A stretch of DNA of 64,000 nt, from positions 15,654,330 through 15,718,329 of the forward strand of contig OZ316898.1 of the NCBI GenBank assembly GCA_973895155.1. Direction: 5' to 3'. The position numbers and the translations under genes are program-made. The DNA is from Marsupella aquatica. Taxonomy: Eukaryota; Plantae; Marchantiophyta. Below the pieces are notes generated by a model, which saw nothing but the letters and a program-made list of their open reading frames with translations, searched no databases and was not told the origin of the DNA. Positions within the stretch are counted from its first letter, which is position 1. Each line of letters starts with the position of its first letter. Below, in pieces: positions 37,899 to 49,074 of this stretch.

Positions 37899-38825
37899 GT
37901 TCTCTTTAGAGGCAATTATAAAGATGCAACATCATGTCCTGTAAGTGAGAAGCCAAGGTATCGTGAGGACATGTTGACTGGAAAAGTACCTCAAAAGGTC
38001 ATGAGGTACTTCCCTCTTATACCTCGTTTGCGCCACTAATATAGATGTGCTGAGTTGGGTGAGTATATCACTAGTACATTTTTGCAGTTTTTCCGATGCT
38101 CCGGCCGCGGCCTAAAAGAGGCGTCCCATGTCCTTTCTATCGGACATGTCCGATATTTTAAGAAACGGTTTGTCCGATATATTAAGCTTCAGAAATGACC
38201 ATTCCGATTTTAATAACATCGGACCACGTTACCCATACAAAATACATCAGACAATTACCGATGACGATGAAGTCAGACTTAGGTTCAAAATGTTCTATGG
38301 AGGTGTCCGATACCCATTAGATGGCATCCTAGATCCGATACAAAAAATATCGGAAATATTCCGATGGTTATAAAATGGCATCACCCTTCCGAAGGTGGTC
38401 CGATGGCTGAGGTATGGCAGTGCGTATCCGACACAAGAAAGATGGGAAATAGGTCCGATGTGATTAGTATGGCAAATGTGGTCCGATGCGGTGAATATCG
38501 GATAGACCGGGTTTTTGGTTTTTTGAATGTTTTAGGTGAAGGTTTGATGGTTTCGGTTATTTGAAACATGGGAAAGGGTATGGGAAAGATGGGAAATTTT
38601 CAGTATGCATGCATGGAGGATTTCCATCTGATCAAAGGACTTGAGTGAACAATATATCATTCATTCAAGAAATTCATATTTGAAGCTTGCATGCATGTTA
38701 ATCTTTTGAGGTACATATATGTGTGGAGTAATTGTTATAATAGGTAGAACCAGATATATATATGATTCATTAATGCCGATAGAAGGAAAACATAGAGGGG
38801 TTTTACCTACCTAGGGTTGCATGTA

Positions 38826-41800
38826 CTATAGAGAGGGGTCCAAATCCTCCACTATGACTACATTTGGTTGATCCTGAACGGTGGATCGCGAGCGAGGGAT
38901 GTAAGGCATGACAATGGACCACTCTGGGTCATCCGGATAGGGAAGATAAAATGCTTGCTCCAAATGATGGGGAAATGCAAATGGATCTGACGTTCTCCAA
39001 CTGGAACTAACAACACTACGTGCACTTGTCTTCAACCGTGTGAAACCACAAGCATCCTCTTCACAAGTCCGGTTGTGGCCGACTAGATTCATTCAAAACC
39101 ACTTGCACTTCAACACCACCTCCTCCAAGGTTGTATGTTGTTGATACTTGATGGTAAGAATCTCCTCAATTTTCCCATAATGTGCCACAGTACTACGTAT
39201 GGGATTTCTATCAGATGTGCTACTCTGTGAATCTTGGATGAACCACCCCATCACCCCACAATCTTGTGTTGCTGCCCTCTTCATATCAAGATGTTCAACT
39301 CGGAAATGCCTCCCCTTTGACCACATGGCTGTTCGAGTTGTGACTGTAAGTAATGGACCATGAACCAAGGTGCGCATGTCACCGGTGGCCTCTGGGAAGT
39401 GCAAAACACTCTCACCCCAACCCAACAAGGCATCAATCTCTGCCAACTTCTCCTTCATATATGGGAGAAACTTTGGGAAGAGGCGTGGCCGTCGACTATT
39501 CTGCTTCTCCTCCTCATAATAGGTACTCCACTCCCCTGCAATCTCTGGAGAGTTATGTGGTGAGCTGGAGGCGCTCAGCAGACCCTAGTAGTCGTTCTCC
39601 CTTTGCTCCTGTGAGTCTATCATCCTCATAGTCTGCCTCTCGTGCTGCTTCATCTGTCCATCCCCTTGGAGCATTTGGATCAAGTGTAGCCACAATATTT
39701 GTACAATAGAACATACTTTCTGCTCCAAGGTGACGCTCAGCAATGCTACCTTCCACCCTAGCATGGTTTGACACATACCCCTTCATGACTCCCATGTACC
39801 GCTCTATCCAATACATCCAACGACAATGTATAGGGCCTGCAATTGCCACTTCATGCACTAGATGTATGAGAAAATGAACTTGACCATCAAAGAAGGAAGG
39901 AGGGAGTGCTCGCTCCAACTTGCACACTACCTCCACTCCAAACACCTCCATGGCAGCAATCTCATCCTCATTCACCTCCTTTTGACACACCCATCTCAAC
40001 AACCTACCCAATGACCAAAGGGCATCCCAAAGATCCTCGCTGCCCAATCCGATAATAGCAATTGGAATAACATGCTGCAAAAGGCAATGGTAATCATGGG
40101 TCTTCAAGAAATCTGGCCACTTTGGAGAGTCATCTCCACCAAATGCCTTGCGGAGATTGGCACCATACCCTGTAGGAAACCGCATTGACCCTATATGTTT
40201 GCGAAACTCTGTCCGCTCATTCCTAGTCAAAACCCATGGGGGATGGATAGTAAGGGGATGATCAGGATCATCCATAGATGGCCAAAAACCATGAAGTCCA
40301 TGCATCCCCATCTCCTCACAACTCTCTCTCCAGTTGCTGTTTTTCTCCCCATATAGATGTCGGATCAATGACCTCCCAACATTTCCCTCAGTATGCATAG
40401 GGTCCAATAGATGGTTAATGGGCATGTGGCCCCAATATGGAAGTTGTGATAGTGCTGAAAAATGGGTCATTCCGCATCTAGCCAAGGGTAATGGGTCATC
40501 TGGGTCAGTGACCCTCTCCCATACCTCCTTCCAATATGTTGGGTCTTTTCGCTGAGGTTGAGGACGTGTATCTGGTTGACCCAACTCTGTGTCATACAAA
40601 AATGGATCATACCTCCATTCATGCTCTTCTGGAAGATACTTTGTGTGACCAATGTAAACAATCTTCCGTAGGGTGGTAGACTTTGGGCGCCTCACTCCCT
40701 CCAAATCGGGACCACAAGTCGGGCAAGCTCGGTATCCAGAAGTTTGCAAGCCAGAAACATATCCAAACCCTTGAACAAGAATGGTAACAAAACACCACAA
40801 ATGTTTCAAAGTAATTCATTGTCAGAAGCAACGTACCTAGGGGACAAATCCTATTTAAAATTGAGCATACATTTACAGATAGACCATGCAATGCAAAGCC
40901 ATATGTACGTAATTTAATTTAAAGGAAGTGCCACAAATCCATATTCATACCTGGAAGATCATGCATGGTCCACATAAGAATGGCCTTCAACTTGAACTGA
41001 CGAGGTAAGCCCCCCGTATGCACTCGGCCATCATAGCAATCCACTCCTCTCCATAGCTCTTTTAGCTCCTCAATCAATGGTTGCAAGTATACATCAATCT
41101 TCTTCACTTGCTTAGGACCAGGGATAATCATGGACAGGATCAAATGACCTTCTTCATGGCCATCCATGGTGGGATTTTGTAGTTAGTGAGGACTACTGGC
41201 CATACTGAGTATGGTTGGGCCTTGCCAGCCATTGCAAAAGGGCTTATACCATCTGACACCAAACCAAGGCGAACATGACGAGGATCAGTCTTGAAATCAC
41301 CCCAACAATCCTCCACAAATTTGTTTGCAGGGGAGTCAACCATCATGCGCATGGTAGGTGGATCCAAACTCATGTCTGAACGATGTTGGGAATGCCATAC
41401 CATATACTTAGCCAACTCTGCACATCAAAACTGGTGACGCAAACGAGGAATAAGGGGAAAGTACCTCATAACCTTTTGAGGTACTTTTCCAGTCAACATA
41501 TCCTCACAATATCTTGGGGCGTTGCAGGTGGGACATGTCATTGCATCCTTGTGCTCTTTCCTGAACAAAACACAATCATTCACACAAGCATGTATGACTT
41601 CATACTTGAGTCCTATGGACTTCAACACTTTCTTTGCCTCTTTCCACAATGCTGGCAAGTTGGTCCCTTCTGGAAACATACGCTCATGCAATGTCCTGAA
41701 AATATCATCAAGGAGCAAGTTGCTTGCTCCATGTCTTTGCTGCAAGTTCAGTAATAACATGATTGTCGAAAGTCGAGATAATCTAGACCCCTCATATATG

Positions 41801-42120
41801 CGAGTTCGTGCATGCTCCCGAGCCTCCTCCCACTGTTGGGAATGTGATTCCCGTGGAGGAATGTGACCAGAAGGAGGAGGTAAGTCAATGTCCTCCCAAT
41901 CACCCATGTCATGATCACCTTCCCCTACATCCATGAACTGGTGCATCAATTCATCCATAGCCTGCTCCTCATGCACTCTTTCTTGGGGAGCATTAGGTAC
42001 TTCATGTGGAATGTTTGCACCCTCAAAACCTTGACCCCCTTCCTGACCATGCATGGCCTCACGGAGATGTTGTCGCATAGCTTGTGATAGTACCTCAACA
42101 TCTGGTTGAGCAAATGTAGT
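38826..42120 (-). pseudogene. CACTA TnpD-like transposase (Transposase_21, DUF4218 and DUF4216-type regions), disrupted
   Basis: IHACVNDCVLF; RYFPLIPRL; DPRHVRLGLVSDG; SVWPV; IDVYLQPLIEELKELW; WTMHDLPG; intron 40950-40770; LDPMH; LKTHDYH; PPSFFD; WMYWIER; DPFAFPHHLEQAFY. Stops and frameshifts present. Confidence 0.92.
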
Positions 42121-42279
42121 CTATACATAGAACAACAATATTGATATTAGGCCATGGTGGTTAATTAATTTAGTCAATTATTACAGATCCATGTCTTTCT
42201 GACCAATAACACATGGAAGTCTGACTATGTCAAATTTTATATATATACAAAATTGGGTGTACATGTATGCATATATGTG

Positions 42280-43236
42280 CTATGAAGGATGACAGCGTAT
42301 GGCCATCTTAGGCGCATCCCAATCATAGTCACAAAATATCTCCTCACCAACCCTAATAGTCCGTATGGCTACAGTCATAATATGGTCATCCATATGCTTG
42401 ACATAGTAAGGTGGTGGTGGTGCCCCAAAAATTTGAACCCACTCTACATTTGGTTCAAGTCCTCTCCCTCTCCCTTTGGTACTATTGATGTACCCAGCGA
42501 TGTTATCACATCGCACAGGATCACCATCAATCATTCTACAATGCCAAGGCCTCTTGAGGACCTCATCCGGATCAAAATCCATCTGCAATGCATACACCCC
42601 CCATGCTGGTTGTTGCCGCAAAATAATGTTCCAGTTTTTGGCAGTGTATACGGCACCAATATAAGGAAATAAGTGCTCCCCATCATAACCTCTCCGCCAC
42701 GGCTTTGGATGGACCACAATGTCCTCCATAGCAAATAACCCAAGTCCTACATCAACACCAAGGGAGGATGGCTTGACTATCCATTGATGCCCCCATATCT
42801 CTACAGGGGCATCGGTGGGTATGCCAGGAGTGATTCTAAATATCTCAGATGAGAAATCCTTCAAGACAGTCATTGCCTTTCTTGTGAGATATGACAACCC
42901 CAACCTACCCTCCACTGCCACGTAATCCTCACCCCGCTCTACTAAAGCAGCATGGACCAAATTTGGGCCTAGGGACTCGCGAGTGGCCAAAGGTTCATAA
43001 TGTCTCTGATGTCTATGGGAGCGAGGTCGGGTGCGTAGAACCCTAGTACATGGAGGTGCCTCTGGCTCACCCATCTCCGTGTCCTCCATTGGTCCCGGTA
43101 TAGTTTGGGCCTCAACATGGGGAGGACTATGAGGAAGGGGTGTAGAAATTGATGCAAGTAGCCCTCTTGCACTACCCAAAAATGTCTCTAGCCACAGGTC
43201 ATTAGAGACCAATGGACGGGGGGGCCTATGGGGCAC
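42280..43236 (-). CDS. SET-domain (lysine-methyltransferase-like) exon of CACTA-2, open frame
   Basis: VGLGLFAMEDI (motif I), LFPYIG, YAL, NIAGYINS (motif III, canonical His replaced), AIRTIRVGEEIFCDY (motif IV). AG acceptor at 43237. Confidence 0.85.
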   Translation of the reverse strand: MPHRPPRPLVSNDLWLETFLGSARGLLASISTPLPHSPPHVEAQTIPGPMEDTEMGEPEAPPCTRVLRTRPRSHRHQRHYEPLATRESLGPNLVHAALVERGEDYVAVEGRLGLSYLTRKAMTVLKDFSSEIFRITPGIPTDAPVEIWGHQWIVKPSSLGVDVGLGLFAMEDIVVHPKPWRRGYDGEHLFPYIGAVYTAKNWNIILRQQPAWGVYALQMDFDPDEVLKRPWHCRMIDGDPVRCDNIAGYINSTKGRGRGLEPNVEWVQIFGAPPPPYYVKHMDDHIMTVAIRTIRVGEEIFCDYDWDAPKMAIRCHPS

Positions 43237-43345
43237 CTATTCATTCACAAATAAACCCAAAATTAATACATGTATGATGACGCGCAATAAGGGGCAACTT
43301 GTGTTTCCTCCACAAATTAGTCCGGTTAAAAGGTAGGGAGCATAC

Positions 43346-43572
43346 CTCACGAGTTGAATGTCCTGGTAAATCACCCTGGTGCCATCCATGATTCTCAATA
43401 TGCTCAATGGTCTCCCAAGCTTGGCGAACAACCATTCCCTTACATCTTACACACCAACATGGAATGGGGCCAAGAGGAGGACGCCAAGGCCTAGCAGGGG
43501 GAGGAGCAATATCCCCCTTGGAAGATGAGTCTGAGTCCGAATCTGAGTCTGAACTCCCAGAAGTTGACATCT
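43346..43572 (-). CDS. CACTA-2 exon 1 (transposase-associated Cys/His domain)
   Basis: MSTSGSSDSD...PIPCWCVRCKG...IEHIENHG...STRE followed by donor gtatgc. Confidence 0.75.
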
Positions 43573-43892
43573 GCCCATCATAGGTACACACCTCATCTCA
43601 AAACCTCCCTCATATTAAGTACTCACACAATTGAATTGGAATATATGCAAGGTTATAAGAGGTAAATAAAACATACACACCCACACACACTATACATCTT
43701 ACTTGAATGATATCCGTGCTCAACAATGCCTACTAGGATCTTGGCCTTAGGATATATCCTAAGACAATATCCAAAATGTCTGCAAAAGGTGGTACCATGA
43801 TAAACTTAGCTAGGGATGTATTCCCACAAATGTGCCCAACAATGACCAAAAGGTTGGAGCCACAAATTCTACAAGTCTCCACCCTCGTATCA

Positions 43893-46800
43893 TGTGGTGC
43901 GTCCCATGGCTCCCTAAACCCAAGAAACCCCTCAGCTCAAGCCGATTCCCGCAGGTTTCGTGCTTGGCGAGGCCGTTTCCGCGGCTTAGCGGCATGGGAC
44001 GCTGCTAACCTTCTACTACTACTATTAATATTTTACACACATATACTGGACAGATCCTTCATCGGGTCATGAGATACGTAGCCGGCCTAATATAGGCCTT
44101 CCCCTGTCTTCCCCTGTCTTCCCCTCCGTCTTGTTAGGTATGTTTGGATTCCGCTGCCGGAATGATCCCCAATAGGCTTGGTTAAGCCGCTAAGACCTCT
44201 CTCAGCTCGACACATCCAACTCTTACTCCCCTGCTTACTTTCCTTCCTTCTGTTGATGTGGGCACTCTTCACACAAGTTAATGCGACACACAAATAGCAA
44301 AATGACTCATTCTGACTGAGTCATACCATGCACTTGCCATACAAACAGTACATCTCATACACAAGTTCTGCGAACTAAGCCGTGAGGCCAACTCTATTCA
44401 GCTCTTAGGCATGAGGAAACATGAATATACACAAGGGTCACTGTATGACTAACCGAGAGCTTCTCGTACTACTTGATCCCAGCCCGGCTGGTGCAAACTA
44501 AAAACTTGCTAAAGAAGAGGCCCTGAGCTCCCCGCTGCCCAGGTACTTATCCTGGTAGTGGATCCGCCATTCTTTGCATCGTAAGCCTAATCTACTTAAC
44601 AGTAATCTACTTGCCCGAATCTACCTATGTACAGCAAGGCAGGAGCACAAGTGTTGCTCCTACCAGTGGGACCGCAATCCCACTAAGCTAAGTGTGAGGG
44701 CCGCTCCTGGTTCTGATCCTAATCCTAAACGTGGAGATCCGCGCCCGCCCTGCCCACTCACGCCTCCTCCCTCCACGTCTGCCCTCCCTAAAAGGAACGG
44801 CGCCCTTGCACCGTCACGACACCGGTGGTGGATCCTTAATGGACGCCCCCAACGCTTCCTCCTTAGCCACTGCCGTAGGCTCATTCCCTGACAGATTACC
44901 TGCCCTTGACTGAGTCAACTCTCCATCGGCCTGACTGGGTCCACCATCGGCGTCGGCATCGGCTCGAGAATCGGTTACGGCCTCAGCCTCGGCTACGGTC
45001 TCCCCGGCCTGCTCAAGCGGCGGATCGGGAATACTGGCCTCCTCATTGAGTAGTTCGGCTTGGGCCGCACCATCCCTACCTGTGATCATAGCGGGATCTA
45101 TTGCCGTATTCATGTCGGAGGATGGTGCTGGTTCTACCTCTTTGGTCACCACGGCTTGTGGAGTCGGATTACTCCTTGACCCTGAAGGTTTCCGCTTTTT
45201 CTTCTTTTCTGGTTCGGCAGCTGGTCCCTTCCCCTTCCCACTTACCTCCGGCACTGGTGCAGTTGGCGCGGCTTTTTCTTCGGCCAGTACCACTCCTGGT
45301 AACTTGGTTGCCCCAATTGGAGTTGGGCCTGATGAAGACAAGCACCTAAATACTGCGGCTTGTTTCTTCAGCCGCTCCGTTTGGTTGTCGGCCCGCCGCT
45401 GGAGGTTCTCCATCTTCCTCGTGATTTCCTCCAACTCCTCCTGGGTCTCATCCAGGTCCTTGCGTGCCTCCTCTAGTTCCTTCTGGGCTTCCTCCCGTTC
45501 TTGTTTCAAGGTAGTCCTCTCCTCCTGGGTTGCTTTTAGCTCCTTGTCGAGCTCTGCAATGATGACAGACTCCATCTGGTTCATCTTGGCGTAAGTCTGT
45601 TCGAGCATCTCGTCCTTCTCCCTTAGGTCGGCCTTGAAGCTGGCCGTCAGGGACGCAAGCTCCTGCTGTAGCGCCATAATCCCTTGATAGGATTTCCCTA
45701 ACTCGGCCTCCTTCTGCTCAAGGGCTCCGCGGATTTTCTCGAGCTCCCCTTTCAACGCCCATTCCTTTCTTTGGGTCTCTGCCATGGCCCGGCTGTTGGC
45801 TGTTATGTGGGCCTCCTCTGTATTCTTCAGCTCTTGCTTCCACTTCTCCCTCTCTTTGATCGTGTCGGCCAACTCTCCCTGCGTCTGAGTCAGTTTATCC
45901 TTGATATTCTGATTATCAGCCTGCGCGGTGTCCAACTGCCCCTGCATGATGTTCACCTCATGTCGTTTAATCCGCAGTTCATCTTGGGCTTTCTTGGCCG
46001 CCCTTAGATCTTCAATCTCGGCTTCCATCTTCCTAAGCCGCCGAATGACCTCGTCCTTCTTGCTTCTCTCTAAAGCCACCGCTTCTTCTAATTGGTGCTT
46101 CTCCAACTGCTCCCTATGGAAAAAGGGTCCTACCTCCAACTCCTCTCCAAAGATGCCGAGCGCAAGTTCCCCACACATCTCACCATACTCCATGGCTCTA
46201 TTCTTAGCGTAGGTGGAGTAAGTAGAAGTGATCGGCATCGCCCATCGCGGCCTCTGCTCCCAAGCCGTCCTGCGGATCTCTTCAATCGTGGCTAGAGGTT
46301 TGCTTCCTTTTTTGGCTAGCCGCCTGATGTCCTCTGGCCAATCTCCTCCTGGTAAATCCTTTTCCTTAGCCAGGGCGGCCTCCTCCTCCTGCTTGATTCG
46401 CTCCTGAAATTCCTGCACCGTCTGTTTTATGCCGTCGAAGCTCGGGGGAGCAACATCTGGTGGGGGAGACTCAGGGCTACTCTGCTGGTTGGGGTCCCCT
46501 CGCACTACCCTTGGAAGTGTGGGGACAAACCGGCCACAGGTCCTTACTCCTGGAACGTGATGGTCCGACCCATAGCCGGAATTATCATGGCTGCAGTCCT
46601 TCACTGCCTCCTCTACCTCTTGGACGTCCGGCTTCTCCCTCTCCTCTTCGTCGGTAGGAGCTTCAGGCAATTCTGCCTCAGATTCGGAGCTTGAGGTTCC
46701 CACGTACATTCGAACACCTGGCTTGGATTCCGGCCTGATTCTCTCCTTGTCTCCAGCAAAGGGGTTTTCTCTTGTGAGCCGGTGTAGGCCTACCTCTGTA

Positions 46801-48561
46801 GTAGTGTCCTGCATTGTTGCCGTTGCCGTTGTTGTTGCCGATGCCGATTTCTTTTCTTTCTCCAGTAGTTTCAGCAGACTCTGCATGCCTGGTTGCTGCA
46901 TCGGCAAGTCTTCCTTCCTGGGCCTAAACACCTGCTCGATCGTAGGACTAACAGGTGGTTGAGGCTTCTCAGCCAACGGCCTCGGCGTTGGAGCTTCCTC
47001 AGGTGCCCTTACCTGCAGGGGAAGTACCGGGGCAAAAGTCTGACCTCTGGCATACCGGCACAACAGCGGCATGTGATAGCCAAGCCGCGACACGCTCCCC
47101 ATGCCGATTACCTGCTGCTCCTCCTTTAAGATCTTCTTCAATTGGTTGAGGAGGTACCCGTTGTAGTCCCGGCTTGGGTCTGGCCTTTCTGCCAGATAGA
47201 CCTGTGCCTTGCCGATCTCTGCCCTCGGCAAGTTACAATGCATGGTCACCCGCAAGAAGTCGATCATCTCTCCTATGTGCGGGTTGGTGCAGGTGTTCCG
47301 GAAGAAGCCATTCTTCGTTGATGGCCCGGGGAACGACCGGAACTCCTTGTCAGGTAAGGTCTTCCTGGTATCAACTTTGGTCTTATTGCCTATCGGCAGG
47401 CCAAACACTTCGGCAATTACCTTGGGAGTAAGATAGAAATCCTTCCCATATATCCTCATGCAATTGGTCTCGGGTTCCCATGACCCCACGAATTCTAATA
47501 GGTCTGACTCCGGTACCTCCGGCTTCAGCCATGGTAATCTTACAAAGGCCTCCAAGCCGGATCCGGCCATGAAGCCTTGGTACTTCTTGGTCTGCATGGC
47601 CGTGAAGCATGCATCCTCCTCCCGTGCAAAATGTAGTTGCACCTCCACCGGTAGGGTTGCCGCCCAGCCCTTCCAGGTGTCATCCCTGGTTGGAATGGCC
47701 TTGATGGGATCGACCTCCTCCTCTTCGGCTTCTCCCTGCCTCCTGCTCTGCTGCTCGGCTGGCTTCTTTGGTGCCGCCGACCTCGTTCTTTTTGCCGGGG
47801 TGGCTTCATCGTTGACGGCTCCCTTCCTCTTCATCTCTGCTGCCGTGGAGGTTTCTCCTAGCACCGTTGCCTGGGTCCACCTTTCCGTGCTACCCTTTAA
47901 TTCCCAGTGTATGTCGTTGCAGTTCTTGATGGCCTCTCGGATGCCGACGACCCTGTCTTTGCAAAACAGAAGATCGTCGAGTTGATTGGAAGTAGGCGTC
48001 CACAGGAACTCATCCTTGATGAGTTCGCCTCCTAAGAAAGCCGTCTTCTGCAGCTCCCACAATCGAGCGAGCTCCTGCCATTCTCGAGCTGCCCTTTCTG
48101 ATTCCTCGTCCTCGTAAGTCTTGATGTACTCAGTTGCCCGTTCGAACAGGCATCCCCAGAAATGTGCCGCTTGATTGACGTTGCTCATACCCTCCTTAGG
48201 TCGATCGTCGGTATCTACTCTCTCCCCGAGTGCTTGCCTAAGCAGCTGACAGTAGTTGGCCTCCCGTAGTCGTCTGCCTAGTTCGTGCTCGCAAATGAGC
48301 CACCATCTCCTGCAAGCGCTCCTTACCCCTCTCCTCCGCCGGTCCTTCTTCCCGTTGATCCTTCCTAGCCGCCGACGCTTAACGCGCCCTAACCCTAATC
48401 GGGTTTTCACCCCCAGCCTTACCTCCGGCCTCGGCCCGGGTTCCATGGTTGCCCCTAATTGTTTATATTTTCCTTGTTTTGTCCCTATACTAAGGTGTTC
48501 CTAGGGTGCCTTCCTGCTTTACCCACTTAACCGGCCGAGTGATTCCTGTCTAGGCATCACA
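43893..48561 (-). repeat. Putative 4.7-kb 3' LTR of Gypsy-A
   Basis: On the minus strand a PPT (taagtggggagcta, 48562-48575) directly precedes TGTGATGC. The other end TGTGGTGC at 43893 forms a 7/8 inverted repeat and is where CACTA-2 similarity ends. Confidence 0.65.
44814..48446 (-). CDS. Large accessory ORF (1210 codons): PMD/transposon-protein-like domain plus long coiled coil
   Basis: Uninterrupted ORF. GLEAFVRLPW...LTPKVIAEVFGLP...KNGF..TC...IDFL aligns with the 51032-53605 N-terminus. Coiled coil at ~aa 780-1030. The true start may be MSNVNQ at 48189. Confidence 0.75.
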   Translation of the reverse strand: MEPGPRPEVRLGVKTRLGLGRVKRRRLGRINGKKDRRRRGVRSACRRWWLICEHELGRRLREANYCQLLRQALGERVDTDDRPKEGMSNVNQAAHFWGCLFERATEYIKTYEDEESERAAREWQELARLWELQKTAFLGGELIKDEFLWTPTSNQLDDLLFCKDRVVGIREAIKNCNDIHWELKGSTERWTQATVLGETSTAAEMKRKGAVNDEATPAKRTRSAAPKKPAEQQSRRQGEAEEEEVDPIKAIPTRDDTWKGWAATLPVEVQLHFAREEDACFTAMQTKKYQGFMAGSGLEAFVRLPWLKPEVPESDLLEFVGSWEPETNCMRIYGKDFYLTPKVIAEVFGLPIGNKTKVDTRKTLPDKEFRSFPGPSTKNGFFRNTCTNPHIGEMIDFLRVTMHCNLPRAEIGKAQVYLAERPDPSRDYNGYLLNQLKKILKEEQQVIGMGSVSRLGYHMPLLCRYARGQTFAPVLPLQVRAPEEAPTPRPLAEKPQPPVSPTIEQVFRPRKEDLPMQQPGMQSLLKLLEKEKKSASATTTATATMQDTTTEVGLHRLTRENPFAGDKERIRPESKPGVRMYVGTSSSESEAELPEAPTDEEEREKPDVQEVEEAVKDCSHDNSGYGSDHHVPGVRTCGRFVPTLPRVVRGDPNQQSSPESPPPDVAPPSFDGIKQTVQEFQERIKQEEEAALAKEKDLPGGDWPEDIRRLAKKGSKPLATIEEIRRTAWEQRPRWAMPITSTYSTYAKNRAMEYGEMCGELALGIFGEELEVGPFFHREQLEKHQLEEAVALERSKKDEVIRRLRKMEAEIEDLRAAKKAQDELRIKRHEVNIMQGQLDTAQADNQNIKDKLTQTQGELADTIKEREKWKQELKNTEEAHITANSRAMAETQRKEWALKGELEKIRGALEQKEAELGKSYQGIMALQQELASLTASFKADLREKDEMLEQTYAKMNQMESVIIAELDKELKATQEERTTLKQEREEAQKELEEARKDLDETQEELEEITRKMENLQRRADNQTERLKKQAAVFRCLSSSGPTPIGATKLPGVVLAEEKAAPTAPVPEVSGKGKGPAAEPEKKKKRKPSGSRSNPTPQAVVTKEVEPAPSSDMNTAIDPAMITGRDGAAQAELLNEEASIPDPPLEQAGETVAEAEAVTDSRADADADGGPSQADGELTQSRAGNLSGNEPTAVAKEEALGASIKDPPPVS

Positions 48562-49074
48562 TAGCTCCCCACTTAATTGTGAAGCGTCCTTGCGAACAAC
48601 TTCATCTTCGTCCATATAGTATTTCTTGAGGCGGTCATAATGGATGCGAACTGGATATACCTCTCCCGTAATGTTGGCCAATTGTACGGAGCCATTGGGG
48701 AACATCATGGTTACTCTAAAGGGTCCTAACCAGCGAGTGTAAAGCTTTCCTGGAAACCTACTATACCTACTGTCATAAAGTAGCACAAGATCACCGGTAT
48801 GAATACTAACTACTTTTAACCTTTTATCATACTGCTGCTTCATGATATTCTGTCTATATTCTACTCTCTCAGCTGAAATCATTCTCGCTTCCTCTAAAGC
48901 TTCTAACCTATATTCTCGCTCCTTTAGGCTCTCCTCCGCTGAGGCTCTTTCCTCAATTGTAACTTGAAATGTCGGTATCTCAAGTTGCATGGGTACCAGG
49001 GCTTCTTGTCCAAAGGTTAAGAAGAAGGGTGTATGACCGGTAGTGGATTTATAGGCAAGATTGTAAGCAAAAAC
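48550..49074 (-). pseudogene. Gypsy-A integrase C-terminus (GPY/F region)
   Basis: TGHTPFFLTFGQE...GDLVLLYDSR..PGKLYTRWLGPF...RLKKY. Confidence 0.9.

Larger units (their letters stand above)
10380..38068 (+). mobile_element. CACTA-1 (En/Spm) element; left end and interrupted body, right end beyond the nested insertions
   Basis: Terminus CACTAGTACATTTT at 10380, identical to that at 38069. TCCGAT/ATCGGA subterminal repeats at 10400-10800. Minus-strand accessory ORFs and plus-strand SET and transposase exons homologous to CACTA-2. Confidence 0.8.
34735..38068 (+). pseudogene. CACTA-1 transposase (TnpD-like) N-terminal exon, split by the solo LTR and truncated by CACTA-2
   Basis: 34735-35283 ends ...CVNDCV and resumes at 37904 with LFR...VPQKVMRYFPLIPRL. 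Homologous to 41425-42120. Confidence 0.85.
38069..43892 (-). mobile_element. CACTA-2, same family as CACTA-1 and in opposite orientation; interrupted by Gypsy-A
   Basis: CACTAGTACATTTT at 38069; TCCGAT subterminal repeats at 38090-38510; transposase, SET and exon-1 sequences on the minus strand. Confidence 0.9.
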
